From: Klebsiella pneumoniae | GTDB taxonomy: Bacteria > Desulfobacterota > Binatia > UBA12015 | Direction of reading: 5' to 3' | DNA: 64,000 bases | NCBI GenBank assembly: GCA_945872365.1 | Contig: CAMBZJ010000014.1 | Coordinates: forward strand, 6,370 to 70,369 | In this document: positions 56,033 through 64,000 of the stretch, in pieces | Layout: every line of letters starts with the position of its first letter | How positions within the stretch are numbered: position 1 is the first letter of the stretch | Position numbers and translations under genes: made by a program | Notes under the pieces: generated by a model | Database searches by the model: none | Seen by the model: the letters and a program-made list of their open reading frames with translations, nothing else | Told to the model about the DNA's origin: nothing

Positions 56033-56362
56033 TCAGTGGACCTCGGGCGGCGCATCCGCGGCGGCTGCGGCCGGGGCATGCGCGGCGGGTGCCGCGGCGG
56101 CACCGGTCGCCGTGCCGGCCTCGGGGCGTCCGGCCAGGGCGGCCACCCTCGCTTCGAGTCGCGCCAGGGCCGCGTCGGCTTCTCCGAGTCGCTTGCGCAC
56201 CGCCTCGCGATCGCCTTCCGAAGCCTTCAGGCGGGCTTCCATCTCGAGTACCCGTGGACTCGACCCGATCAGGTAGTCGCCGCCCTTGCCCGTCGTGAGG
56301 AAGAACGCGGTGCCGCCGATGCCGACGAGCATCCCGAGAAGAAGGCCGATGAGGAAGCGCAT
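56033..56362 (-). CDS. Small membrane-anchored coiled-coil hypothetical protein
   Basis: N-terminal TM (MRFLIGLLLGMLVG...), coiled-coil segment, AGGAG RBS. Confidence 0.6.
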   Translation of the reverse strand: MRFLIGLLLGMLVGIGGTAFFLTTGKGGDYLIGSSPRVLEMEARLKASEGDREAVRKRLGEADAALARLEARVAALAGRPEAGTATGAAAAPAAHAPAAAAADAPPEVH

Positions 56363-56866
56363 CTAGGATTCTCCTGGTTCCGGTCGACGGCCCGAGCCCC
56401 CGACCTTGGTAGCGTCACCGATCCGTAGCGGGAGGGACCGCCGGGCTGCAAACCCTTCGAAGCCGGCACTGGCGAAGAGCGCCGAGAGGCCCTCGTCCTC
56501 GCAGGCCGCCTCGATCGACACGCAACCGCGTCTACGCGCCCGTTCGAGGACGCAGTCGAGCAGGAGACCGCCCACTTCGCGGCTCAGGACGGCTCCGGTC
56601 GGGTCGAGGGACGCCAGGACGTCGACTGTCCCGACCAGACCGCCCCGGGCGATGCTGCGGTGGTAGGCCACCATCACGACCCCGCGGGGCCCCGCCCCGT
56701 CGAGTGCCAGGTAGACGTCGGAGGCGAGACTGCCGAGGATTCTGCGCAGGCATCGGATGCGGCCCGCCTCGGGGCCGCCCGTCACGGCGGCGAGAACACC
56801 GATGTCGTCGCGTCTTGCCCGGCGTAGCCGCGGCCCGAGGCCTTTCTCGGCTCCTCCATGGGGCAT
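56363..56866 (-). CDS. GNAT-like protein (degenerate)
   Basis: LRRARRDD, VGGLLL..V.ERARRRGC..IE, LF.SAGF match the GNAT A/B motifs, but the acetyl-CoA R/QxxGxG motif is weak. Confidence 0.55.
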   Translation of the reverse strand: MPHGGAEKGLGPRLRRARRDDIGVLAAVTGGPEAGRIRCLRRILGSLASDVYLALDGAGPRGVVMVAYHRSIARGGLVGTVDVLASLDPTGAVLSREVGGLLLDCVLERARRRGCVSIEAACEDEGLSALFASAGFEGFAARRSLPLRIGDATKVGGSGRRPEPGES

Positions 56867-56932
56867 CGCTTCGCGCCTAGCACGGCGCGTCGGGTGGCGC
56901 AGCATGCCACCCCGGGTCTTGCGAAAGCGCGG

Positions 56933-56962
56933 TTGACTTGTCGAAGACCCGGTCCGTATCGT
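56933..56962 (+). promoter_or_regulatory. Candidate sigma70 promoter for the small protein at 57044
   Basis: TTGACT-N18-TATCGT, with the -35 enclosed by inverted repeat CCGGGTCTT/AAGACCCGG. Confidence 0.5.
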
Positions 56963-57043
56963 GACCGGTGGGAGCACCCTATCTCGGCGCTCCCGCTGCC
57001 GCGATCGCCGGACGAGCCGGAACATCGGCGGAGGGTCATTCGG

Positions 57044-57292
57044 ATGGCGAAGCAGGAAAAATCCCCGGCCAAACCCAAGATCACCATCATCCCCGGGCGC
57101 GGGGTCTCGCAGACCATCAACTATCTGCTCGAGGACCGCGACGATCTGGAGTGGCTGGTGGCGGTGGGCCGCAACAAGAGCGGCGAGATCTTCTTCTACG
57201 ACACCGGCGGCGACATCGTCGAGGACCTGGGCACGCTCGACTACCTGAAGCAGCGAATCATCCGGGCACACTTCGGGGACGAGCCGGACTAG
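57044..57292 (+). CDS. Small (82 aa) hypothetical cytoplasmic protein
   Basis: GGAGG RBS, protein-like composition (MAKQEKSPAKPKITIIPG...), GC3-biased codons. Confidence 0.75.
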   Translation: MAKQEKSPAKPKITIIPGRGVSQTINYLLEDRDDLEWLVAVGRNKSGEIFFYDTGGDIVEDLGTLDYLKQRIIRAHFGDEPD

Positions 57293-57334
57293 AGGTCTCG
57301 TGCTCGTCGCGGCGGGCGGCGCTGCGCCGCCGCT

Positions 57335-57718
57335 TCAGGGAAGCGGGTCGGGGCAGAGGGCCCATACCGCGCCGTCGCGCTCGACCAGCGGCACCCGGAA
57401 GAGCGACTTCCCGCAGGCTGGTCCGGCGATGCACTCGCCGCTGTCGGGCAGGTACATCGCGCCGTGTGTCGGGCAGAGGAGATAGGCACCGTCCTCGGTG
57501 AAAAACTGGTTCTCGACCCAGTCCATCGTCATCGGGACGTGCCGGCACTCGTTCACGAATGCGTGCAGCCGACCGCCGTACCTGACCACGAAGCACTCGA
57601 GTTCGCGCCCGGCGCCGTCGAGCACGAACTTGTGCGAAGTGCCCTCGGCGAGTTCGCCCACTCCGAGGATCCGCGTCCCGGTGGGTGGGGACGCGTGGTC
57701 GTGCGCTTCCGGTTTCAC
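57335..57718 (-). CDS. Rieske-type 2Fe-2S ferredoxin
   Basis: NECRH...CPTHGA, GEC.AGP; no TM or Tat signal. Confidence 0.85.
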   Translation of the reverse strand: MKPEAHDHASPPTGTRILGVGELAEGTSHKFVLDGAGRELECFVVRYGGRLHAFVNECRHVPMTMDWVENQFFTEDGAYLLCPTHGAMYLPDSGECIAGPACGKSLFRVPLVERDGAVWALCPDPLP

Positions 57719-57866
57719 GGGCGCCCAACCTAGCCGAGGACCGCTCGGGTCGCCACGGACGTGCCGGACTCGCCTGCCGCACGTTTCCCGCCGCACCCCG
57801 GCCGCCGAGCGCTGCCGCAGCGGGTCTCTTCCGCCATAGCGCCGTCATCGGCAGTACCCGCGTCGC

Positions 57867-59129
57867 TCAGCGTACTGCCACCGCGCGCAGCGCTCGCAGC
57901 AGTTCTCCGAGCGAGACCGTCTCGAGGAGCAGATCGCAGTGCGGCGCATAGGCGGCGAGCGCGCTGTCGCCGGTGTTCCAGCGCACCCTCGGCTCGGCGA
58001 CCGCGAAGACGACCCCGCGGGCGCGATGGCGCAGCCGAGCCAGCGCGTCGGCGCGATGCGCGAGCCGGTTGTTGCGCCCGTCCCCGAGCAGCAGGAGCAC
58101 GGTCGACCGGTCGACGAGCGCCGCGTGCCGCGCCTCGACCTCGCACAGCACACGGCCGAGGTCGGAGCGCGCCCACAGGTCGATCTCCCCCTCCGGCACG
58201 ACATGGCCGCCCTCGAAGGAGGCAGGTACCGCGCGGTCGACGTAGATGAAGCGCGAGACCCGGCGGAAGGCGGTGTCGGCCGCGCCGAGGATCGAGAGCA
58301 GGATCTCGGTCGCGCGCGACACCGAGCCCGACACGTCGCACAGCACGACGAGTCCGGGCCGACCGGGGCGCCGCCCGCGGCGTTCGAGCCGGAACATGGC
58401 GCCACCGCGTCCGATCGACGCACGGATCGTCCTTCGCACGTCGATCCTGCCGGTTCGTTCGCGTCGCCACCGTCGCCCGGCGCGGGCCGCGAAGCGGCGG
58501 CCGAGTTCACGGGCGAGTTCGCGCGCCGCGTCGAGTTCGTCGGGCGTCATCTCGGCGAGCGGCCGGCGCAGGAGCGCCCGCGGGTCGATCGCACGGGTGG
58601 CGCGCAGTCGGTCCGCACCGCCCGCGGCAGGCGAGTGCGCCGGCGCCTTCGACTCCCGGTCGGACTCGCGCGCCGTCGACTCGGCCCGCGGCCGGTGCTC
58701 GGCCGGCGTCCTGCCGCGCCGAGACGTCGTCGTCTCGGGTCGCACCGGCGGCGCGGCCGACGGTCGTCCCGCGTGTCGGTCCGGGGACGGCTCCGCGTCG
58801 GGCGGAGGCTTGCCGCCCGCGGTCGCGCCCGAGGCCCCCGCGCGACCACCGCCGCGCCCGGCCGACTCGCCGCCGGCGGGGCCGGTTCCCCGTCCGCGGC
58901 CGGGTCGGGTCGGCGTCGCCGGCGCGGCGAAGTACGCGTCGAAGGTGCGCTCGAAAGTCGCGCGATCGAGTTCGTCCTTCACCAGGGTCGCCGAGAGGCT
59001 CTCGCGCAGGCGCACGGGATCGATCCCGACCACCACGACGGCCGCCATGGCGTCGAGGGTCTCGGCGACCGAGACGCGCAGCCCCGCCACGCGCAGCTGC
59101 TGCACGAACTCCACCAACTGCGCGCGCAT
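57867..59129 (-). CDS. CoxE-like VWA domain protein
   Basis: F...LRVAGLRVS..E..DA, GRIDVRRTIR, MIDAS CDVSGSV, LGDGRNN, WNTGDS. Confidence 0.85.
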   Translation of the reverse strand: MRAQLVEFVQQLRVAGLRVSVAETLDAMAAVVVVGIDPVRLRESLSATLVKDELDRATFERTFDAYFAAPATPTRPGRGRGTGPAGGESAGRGGGRAGASGATAGGKPPPDAEPSPDRHAGRPSAAPPVRPETTTSRRGRTPAEHRPRAESTARESDRESKAPAHSPAAGGADRLRATRAIDPRALLRRPLAEMTPDELDAARELARELGRRFAARAGRRWRRERTGRIDVRRTIRASIGRGGAMFRLERRGRRPGRPGLVVLCDVSGSVSRATEILLSILGAADTAFRRVSRFIYVDRAVPASFEGGHVVPEGEIDLWARSDLGRVLCEVEARHAALVDRSTVLLLLGDGRNNRLAHRADALARLRHRARGVVFAVAEPRVRWNTGDSALAAYAPHCDLLLETVSLGELLRALRAVAVR

Positions 59130-59138
59130 GCCCGCTCC

Positions 59139-60305
59139 TCAGGTGCTCGCCCGGCCCGCAGCGTCGTCACGGGGGGGCAGCAGGAGGGCCTTCTCCGGTG
59201 CGAAGTGCGCGCCCACCGCGTCGCCACGGGCGAAGCCCCCGGCCTCGCGCGCGGGCAGGAGCGCGACGATCGCGTCGCCGTTCGCGGCGCGCAGCAGGCA
59301 GCGCACGGTCGGCCCCTCGAAGGCGATCTCCTCGACGTGGGCCGCGACGGCCTGGTCGCCCGCACCGCCGGGTACGGATGCGCTGCGCGCTTCGCCCGCG
59401 CGGCCGACGCCGACGTGCTCCGGTCGTACGACGAGCACGGCGGGGTCGCCCGGAGCGAAGCCGGCGCCGGCGACGCGGACGCGGACCAGCGTGCCCGCCG
59501 CGCGCACCTGCGCCTCGCCCACGCGGCACTCCTCGACCCGCGCGTCGAGCAGGTTCGCCTGGCCGATGAACCCGGCGACGAAGGCGTCGGCCGGCTGCTC
59601 GTAGACCTCGACCGGGCTGCCGATCTGGCGGATGCGTCCGGCTTCGAGAACGGCGATCCGGTCGGAAAGCGCAAGCGCCTCCTGCTGGTCATGGGTGACG
59701 AAGACGAACGCGATCCCGCTGTCGCGCTGCAGGCGCTTCAACTCGATCTGCATCGTGCGCCGCAATTGCGGGTCGAGGGCCGAGAGCGGCTCGTCGAGGA
59801 GCAGCGCCTCGGGCCGGTTCACCAGCGCGCGGGCGAGTGCGACCCGCTGGCGCTGGCCGCCCGAGAGTTCGTCGGGTCGGCGTCGCGAGAGTTCCTCGAT
59901 CCGCGCTGCGCGGAGCGCCTCGTCCACCCGTCGCGCGACTTCGCCGGAGGCCAGACCGCGCGAGCGTGGCCCGAAGGCCACGTTGTCGGCGACCGACAGG
60001 TGGGGAAAGAGCGCGTACTGCTGGAACACCGTGTTGACGTCGCGGCGATGTGGCGGCAGGGCGGTGACGTCGCGTCCCGCGATCCGCACCGACCCGGCGC
60101 TCGGAGCGGCAAATCCCGCGACCACGCGCAGCATGGTCGTCTTGCCGCATCCCGATGGTCCGAGCACCGAGAAGAATTCACCGGGGCGGATGGCGAGTCG
60201 CGCCCGATCGAGCGCGAGCACCTCGCCGTACCGGCAGGACACGTCGAGCAATTCGATCGTCGCCGGTGCTGCCTCCGTGCGCGCGTCGTCGGGGGCGAAG
60301 ACCAT
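59139..60305 (-). CDS. potA: Polyamine ABC transporter ATP-binding subunit
   Basis: GPSGCGKTT, PPHRRDVNTVFQQYALFPH, LSGGQRQR, LDEPLSALD, VTHDQ, TOBE-like C-terminus. Confidence 0.88.
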   Translation of the reverse strand: MVFAPDDARTEAAPATIELLDVSCRYGEVLALDRARLAIRPGEFFSVLGPSGCGKTTMLRVVAGFAAPSAGSVRIAGRDVTALPPHRRDVNTVFQQYALFPHLSVADNVAFGPRSRGLASGEVARRVDEALRAARIEELSRRRPDELSGGQRQRVALARALVNRPEALLLDEPLSALDPQLRRTMQIELKRLQRDSGIAFVFVTHDQQEALALSDRIAVLEAGRIRQIGSPVEVYEQPADAFVAGFIGQANLLDARVEECRVGEAQVRAAGTLVRVRVAGAGFAPGDPAVLVVRPEHVGVGRAGEARSASVPGGAGDQAVAAHVEEIAFEGPTVRCLLRAANGDAIVALLPAREAGGFARGDAVGAHFAPEKALLLPPRDDAAGRAST

Positions 60306-60386
60306 CGCCGCGAGCAAAGCACAGCGCGGCGGATGGTGGAAAGACGCACCGAGGCCGCGGCCCGCGAAAAGACCGGGCTCCGGGGG

Positions 60387-60906
60387 TCAGGCGAGCGGCA
60401 GGAATCGCGGCGCGGTCTCGGCAAGGATCCCCGCGGTGCGCACCTGCACGCCGTCCTTCCGCTCCGGATGGGTGAGGACGTAGAAGCGGGGCTCGTGCCG
60501 GGCTCGCCGGTCGCAGGAGGATCGGCACGAAGGTGCGCACACCGTGGATCACACCCCAGAGATTCATGCCGAGCACCCAGTGCCAGTCCTCGAGTGTCGC
60601 CTCCCAAACCGGCCCGGAGAGCGCGACGCCCGCGTTGTTGAACACGACGTGGACCGAGCCGAATTCCGCCAGCGCCGTATCGGCCAGTCGCACGACGTCG
60701 CCCGGCGACGACACGTCGGTCGGGACCGCGAGCGTGCCCCGGCCTCGTCGCGCGATCTCGTGCGCGGCCTCGTCGAGCGCCGGTCGCTCGACGTCGGCGA
60801 GAACCACTCGCATGCCGGCCTCGGCCAGGCGACGCGCGGTCGCGCGGCCGATGCCGCTCACGGCGCCGGTCACGACCGCGACCTTGTCCTCGAGATCCGC
60901 CATCAC
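60387..60906 (-). pseudogene. SDR oxidoreductase pseudogene with internal deletion and frameshift
   Basis: TGAVSGIG and NNAG are intact to ...FVPILL. The Ser and YxxxK catalytic region is absent. A family-typical C-terminus (RFYVLTHPE...GIL) resumes in another frame and stops at 60387. Confidence 0.8.
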
Positions 60907-60954
60907 GCCACCCCGCCCGGTCCGGGACTCGCCGGGAGCGTCACGGGTTCGAGC

Positions 60955-62514
60955 CTAGCGCGCCGCGCGGGGCGTGGGCGAGGGCAGCGGGGCAGGCGCC
61001 GGTTGGGCCAGGTCCCAGATCGCGACCCGTCCCGAGGTGTCGCCGGAGACCAGGAGGTCGCCGGCGAAGGCGAGTCCGGTCACCTCGGCCCCGTGCCAGA
61101 GCAGGCGCTCGACCGGACGGCCGTCGACGTCGACGATCCGCAGGTCGCCTTCGAGACCGCCGATCGCGATTCGCCCGCGTGCCGCGTCGATCGCGAGCGA
61201 CTGGAAGCCGCGGCCGTGGGGACTCTCGGCGAGCCTGCGCCCGGAGGTCGCATCCCAGGTCGCGACGATGCCCTCGCGCGACGCGGTGACCAGGCGGGTG
61301 CGGTCGAGGAACGCGACCGCGGTGACGGGCCTTCCCGCGGGATCGACCGAGATCGACCGACTCCCGCTCGCGGTGTCGAAGAGGGTGGTGCCGCCCGCCG
61401 CGCCGCCGACGGCGAGCGTCGCCCCGTCCGGCGAGAAGGCGACCGCCCAGGCCTCGCGATCGACCTCGAACCCGGTCGCTGCCGCCCCGCCATCGGTGCG
61501 CAGCACCCGCGCCGTCGGGTCGCCGCGCACGATCGCCGCGAGCCGCTTGCCGTCCGGAGACCAAGCGAGCGCTCGCACCGGGCCCGCCGGCAGGCGCCAC
61601 GCGCCGACCGGGGCGCCGTCGGACATCGACCGCCGCAGGACGCGGTCGCCATAGGCCAGAGCGGCCTCCGCGCCGTCGGGTCGAATCGCGATCGCGTCGG
61701 CTTCGCGGTGCGGCACGGACTCATCGCCCGACGTACCCGATTCCGCAGCCGGCGGGGCGAGCCCGAACAGCAGGCTCGCTTCGGGAAGTTTCCACTCGCT
61801 CACGCCTGCGTCCATGCCGGCGATGAGCATGCGATCGCCGGCGCGCGTCGCCGCGATCGCGACGACGTCGCGCCGGAAGGGCAGGACGCAGCGCGGGAGT
61901 CGACGAGCGCCGCGCAGGATGTGCGGGTCGAGCGGCTGACAGCCTTCCACCGGGATGCCTCCGGCGCCGAGCGTGCGGCCCGACACCGGGAGCCGGAACT
62001 CGATCAGGATCGGTTCGTCGCCGAGCGCGATCTCGAAGCGTGCATCGACGTCGTCACCGGCGAGCTTGGGCCCTTCCGCGACGAGGCCATCGCTCTCGGC
62101 GGCGAGTTCGAGTCGACGCTTCTCGCCGCCGAGGTCGATCGTCACCGTTCCCGCCATGTCGTCGAGCGGCATGGGCGTGCGCCAGAAGTCGGTCACCCAG
62201 ACGCGGATCGTGCCGTTGGCGCGCGCGACGGCTTCGACGTGTCGCTGCCCCGACATGCCGACGACGCCGCCGTGCCGCGGCGTGTGATCATGGACGGCCG
62301 GCCGCGCCGGCGCCTCGGCGACGGCGGCCTGCGGTGTCGGCGTCGGTGTCGCCGCCGGCCCGCCACTCCGGCAGGAGGGCGCCCCGAGCAGGGCGAGGAG
62401 GAACGCGACGCGGGTGGTCGAGGCTAGCCGCGGGCGCGGCAGGGCGTCGCTCGGACGCCCCGTCGTCGGTACGGCGGCGGGTGTTCTCGGCGGATCGGGC
62501 CACGGCGTTCGCAT
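60955..62514 (-). CDS. Putative lipoprotein: His-rich N-terminal domain + WD40 beta-propeller
   Basis: Signal with ...GAPSC; HDHTPRHGG...HVE; repeats LAWSPDG, VAFSPDG, ATWD, AIWD. Confidence 0.75.
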   Translation of the reverse strand: MRTPWPDPPRTPAAVPTTGRPSDALPRPRLASTTRVAFLLALLGAPSCRSGGPAATPTPTPQAAVAEAPARPAVHDHTPRHGGVVGMSGQRHVEAVARANGTIRVWVTDFWRTPMPLDDMAGTVTIDLGGEKRRLELAAESDGLVAEGPKLAGDDVDARFEIALGDEPILIEFRLPVSGRTLGAGGIPVEGCQPLDPHILRGARRLPRCVLPFRRDVVAIAATRAGDRMLIAGMDAGVSEWKLPEASLLFGLAPPAAESGTSGDESVPHREADAIAIRPDGAEAALAYGDRVLRRSMSDGAPVGAWRLPAGPVRALAWSPDGKRLAAIVRGDPTARVLRTDGGAAATGFEVDREAWAVAFSPDGATLAVGGAAGGTTLFDTASGSRSISVDPAGRPVTAVAFLDRTRLVTASREGIVATWDATSGRRLAESPHGRGFQSLAIDAARGRIAIGGLEGDLRIVDVDGRPVERLLWHGAEVTGLAFAGDLLVSGDTSGRVAIWDLAQPAPAPLPSPTPRAAR

Positions 62515-62709
62515 GGGAATCTCCGGACGGCGCCCCACGAGGAAACCCGCTCGCCCCGGCCGGTGCAAACCGCGCGCGCCGTCCCGAGCGGTGCGTGGCT
62601 CCGTACCCGACCGCGCCCCCGCGGGAGCGCGCGGGTCGCAGCTGCGGCGAGACACTGCGGCATCCTCCCTTGAAGCGCCGGGCAAAGGCTGGCTTGGTGG
62701 AAGGGCCCG

Positions 62710-63498
62710 ATGCCGACACTTCTGCGCCGCAGCCTCTCCGCCTGGACCGCGATCGTCCTGCTCTTCCTGTGGCTGCCGATCGGGATTCTGGTCGCATGGT
62801 CGTTCAACGACTCCCGCCTGAACGTGCTCTGGCACGGATTCACTTGGCGCTGGTACGGGGCGGCCTTCTCGGACGCGGGACTCCTGCGCTGCCTCGGCAA
62901 CAGCCTGCAGGTGGCGCTCTGGACGACCCTGCTGGCGGTTCCGCTCGGCACCGCCGCCGCGTTCCTCCTCGAGCGGTTCCGATTCCGCGGACGCATGGCC
63001 CTGGAGACCCTGCTGTTGCTGCCGATGATCGCGCCCGAGGTGGTGATCGGCGTGAGCCTGCTCGCGCTCTTCGTCGCCGTCCACCGCGAACTCGGTGTCG
63101 CCACCGTCGTGATCTCGCACGTGACCTTCTGCATCCCCTTTGTCCTGGTCGCGGTGCGGGCTCGCCTGGCGACGCTCGATCCCGCGCTGGAGGAGGCCGC
63201 GCTCGATCTCGGGGCGACCCCGACCGGGGCGCTCCTGCGGGTCGTCCTGCCGGTCATGGCTCCGGCCATCACGGCGGCCGCGATCCTGTCGTTCATGCTC
63301 TCTTTCGACGAGTTCATCGTCACCTGGTTCACCGCCGGCCCCGGTTCCCGCACCCTGCCGATCGAGATCTACGGCCGCGTGCGCCGCGGCCTCGATCCGA
63401 GCCTGAACGCGATCTCGTCGGTCCTGGTGCTCGCGACGCTCCTGCTGGTCGCGGCGGTGGGCTGGCTGCGCCGACACTCGCCGGGGCCGCGCCGATGA
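62710..63498 (+). CDS. potC: Polyamine ABC transporter permease
   Basis: SFN, GFTWRWY, EEAALDLGA (EAA loop), SFDEF, TLP. Confidence 0.9.
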   Translation: MPTLLRRSLSAWTAIVLLFLWLPIGILVAWSFNDSRLNVLWHGFTWRWYGAAFSDAGLLRCLGNSLQVALWTTLLAVPLGTAAAFLLERFRFRGRMALETLLLLPMIAPEVVIGVSLLALFVAVHRELGVATVVISHVTFCIPFVLVAVRARLATLDPALEEAALDLGATPTGALLRVVLPVMAPAITAAAILSFMLSFDEFIVTWFTAGPGSRTLPIEIYGRVRRGLDPSLNAISSVLVLATLLLVAAVGWLRRHSPGPRR

Positions 63499-64000
63499 GG
63501 AGTCGTGGCGTGCGCCTCGTGCTGGCGGCGGTGCTCTTCGCCTGGGTCCCGGCCGCGGCCTGCACGCGGCGCGAGCCGGCCCCCGAGCTCCAACTCTTCG
63601 CATGGTCCGAATACGTTCCCGACGAGGTCGTGGACGGGTTCACCACGGAAACCGGCATCCGGGTGAATCGCGAGACCTTCGCCTCGAACGAGGAGATGCT
63701 GGCGAAACTCCTCTCGGGCGCCACGCACTACGACGTCGTCCAGCCCTCGGACTACACGGCCGAGGCGCTCGCCCGGGAGGGGATGCTCAGGCCGATCGAC
63801 TGGTCGAAGGTGCCCGGCCTGCGCAACCTGGCGCCGGAGTTCCTGCACCTGCCGCACGACCCCGACCAGAAGTACACGCTGCCCTGGATGGGGGGCACGG
63901 TCGGCATCGTCGTCAATGCGGAGCGGCTGTCGCCCGAGACGGTGCGCTCGTATGCCGACGTATTCCGCGGCGAACACCGCGGACGCATCGCCGTGGTGGA
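63495..64000 (+). CDS. potD: Spermidine/putrescine-binding protein, 3'-truncated by the window edge
   Basis: Not in the supplied ORF track; read by hand as MRSRGVRLVL...WSEYVP...F..ETGI.V...SNEEMLAKL...YDVVQPSDY...PWMGG. ATGA overlap with potC. Confidence 0.9.
   Translation, partial: MRSRGVRLVLAAVLFAWVPAAACTRREPAPELQLFAWSEYVPDEVVDGFTTETGIRVNRETFASNEEMLAKLLSGATHYDVVQPSDYTAEALAREGMLRPIDWSKVPGLRNLAPEFLHLPHDPDQKYTLPWMGGTVGIVVNAERLSPETVRSYADVFRGEHRGRIAVV

Noticed and set aside
57867-59129. CO dehydrogenase cluster
   Set aside because: Only a CoxE-like VWA gene; no coxLMS or coxD in the window.
1-64000. Prophage, IS element, defence island, tRNA/rRNA, CRISPR
   Set aside because: No integrase, transposase, phage or cas motifs, no obvious GC drop, and no recognisable RNA gene by eye; an Infernal/tRNAscan run would be needed to exclude small ncRNAs.

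Overview
Very GC-rich (roughly 70% by eye), gene-dense bacterial chromosomal segment of a diderm. TamA/TamB, many GT-C glycosyltransferases and CoA-transferase/acyl-CoA genes are compatible with a Binatota/Myxococcota/Acidobacteria-like organism, but this placement is inference only. About 50 CDS are supported. I found no rRNA, tRNA, CRISPR array, integrase or transposase. Housekeeping content: sucA-sucB with a displaced lpdA, uup, yebC, tamAB, yhbY, alkA and a split potA / potC-potD. The standout is a 9-gene minus-strand respiratory operon (20087-30197). It encodes an A1-type caa3 oxidase, a subunit III that appears split over two genes, a di-heme c lipoprotein, a low-potential Rieske protein and a b6-type cytochrome b fused to cytochrome c with an unusual PDFF Qo motif. 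It ends with a putative copper-assembly module: CtaG fused to a FixG/CcoG-like polyferredoxin, plus a YtkA/FixH-like protein. Other notable items: a secreted legumain-like (C13) peptidase-PDZ-TlpA fusion; a catalytically degenerate HMG-CoA-synthase-DUF35 fusion coupled to an SCP2-type thiolase (PhlABC-like architecture); an ERp18/AGR2-like thioredoxin; and three genes apparently ruined by large deletions (DSP, Crp-like, SDR). All family calls come from motif recognition by eye; no searches were run.
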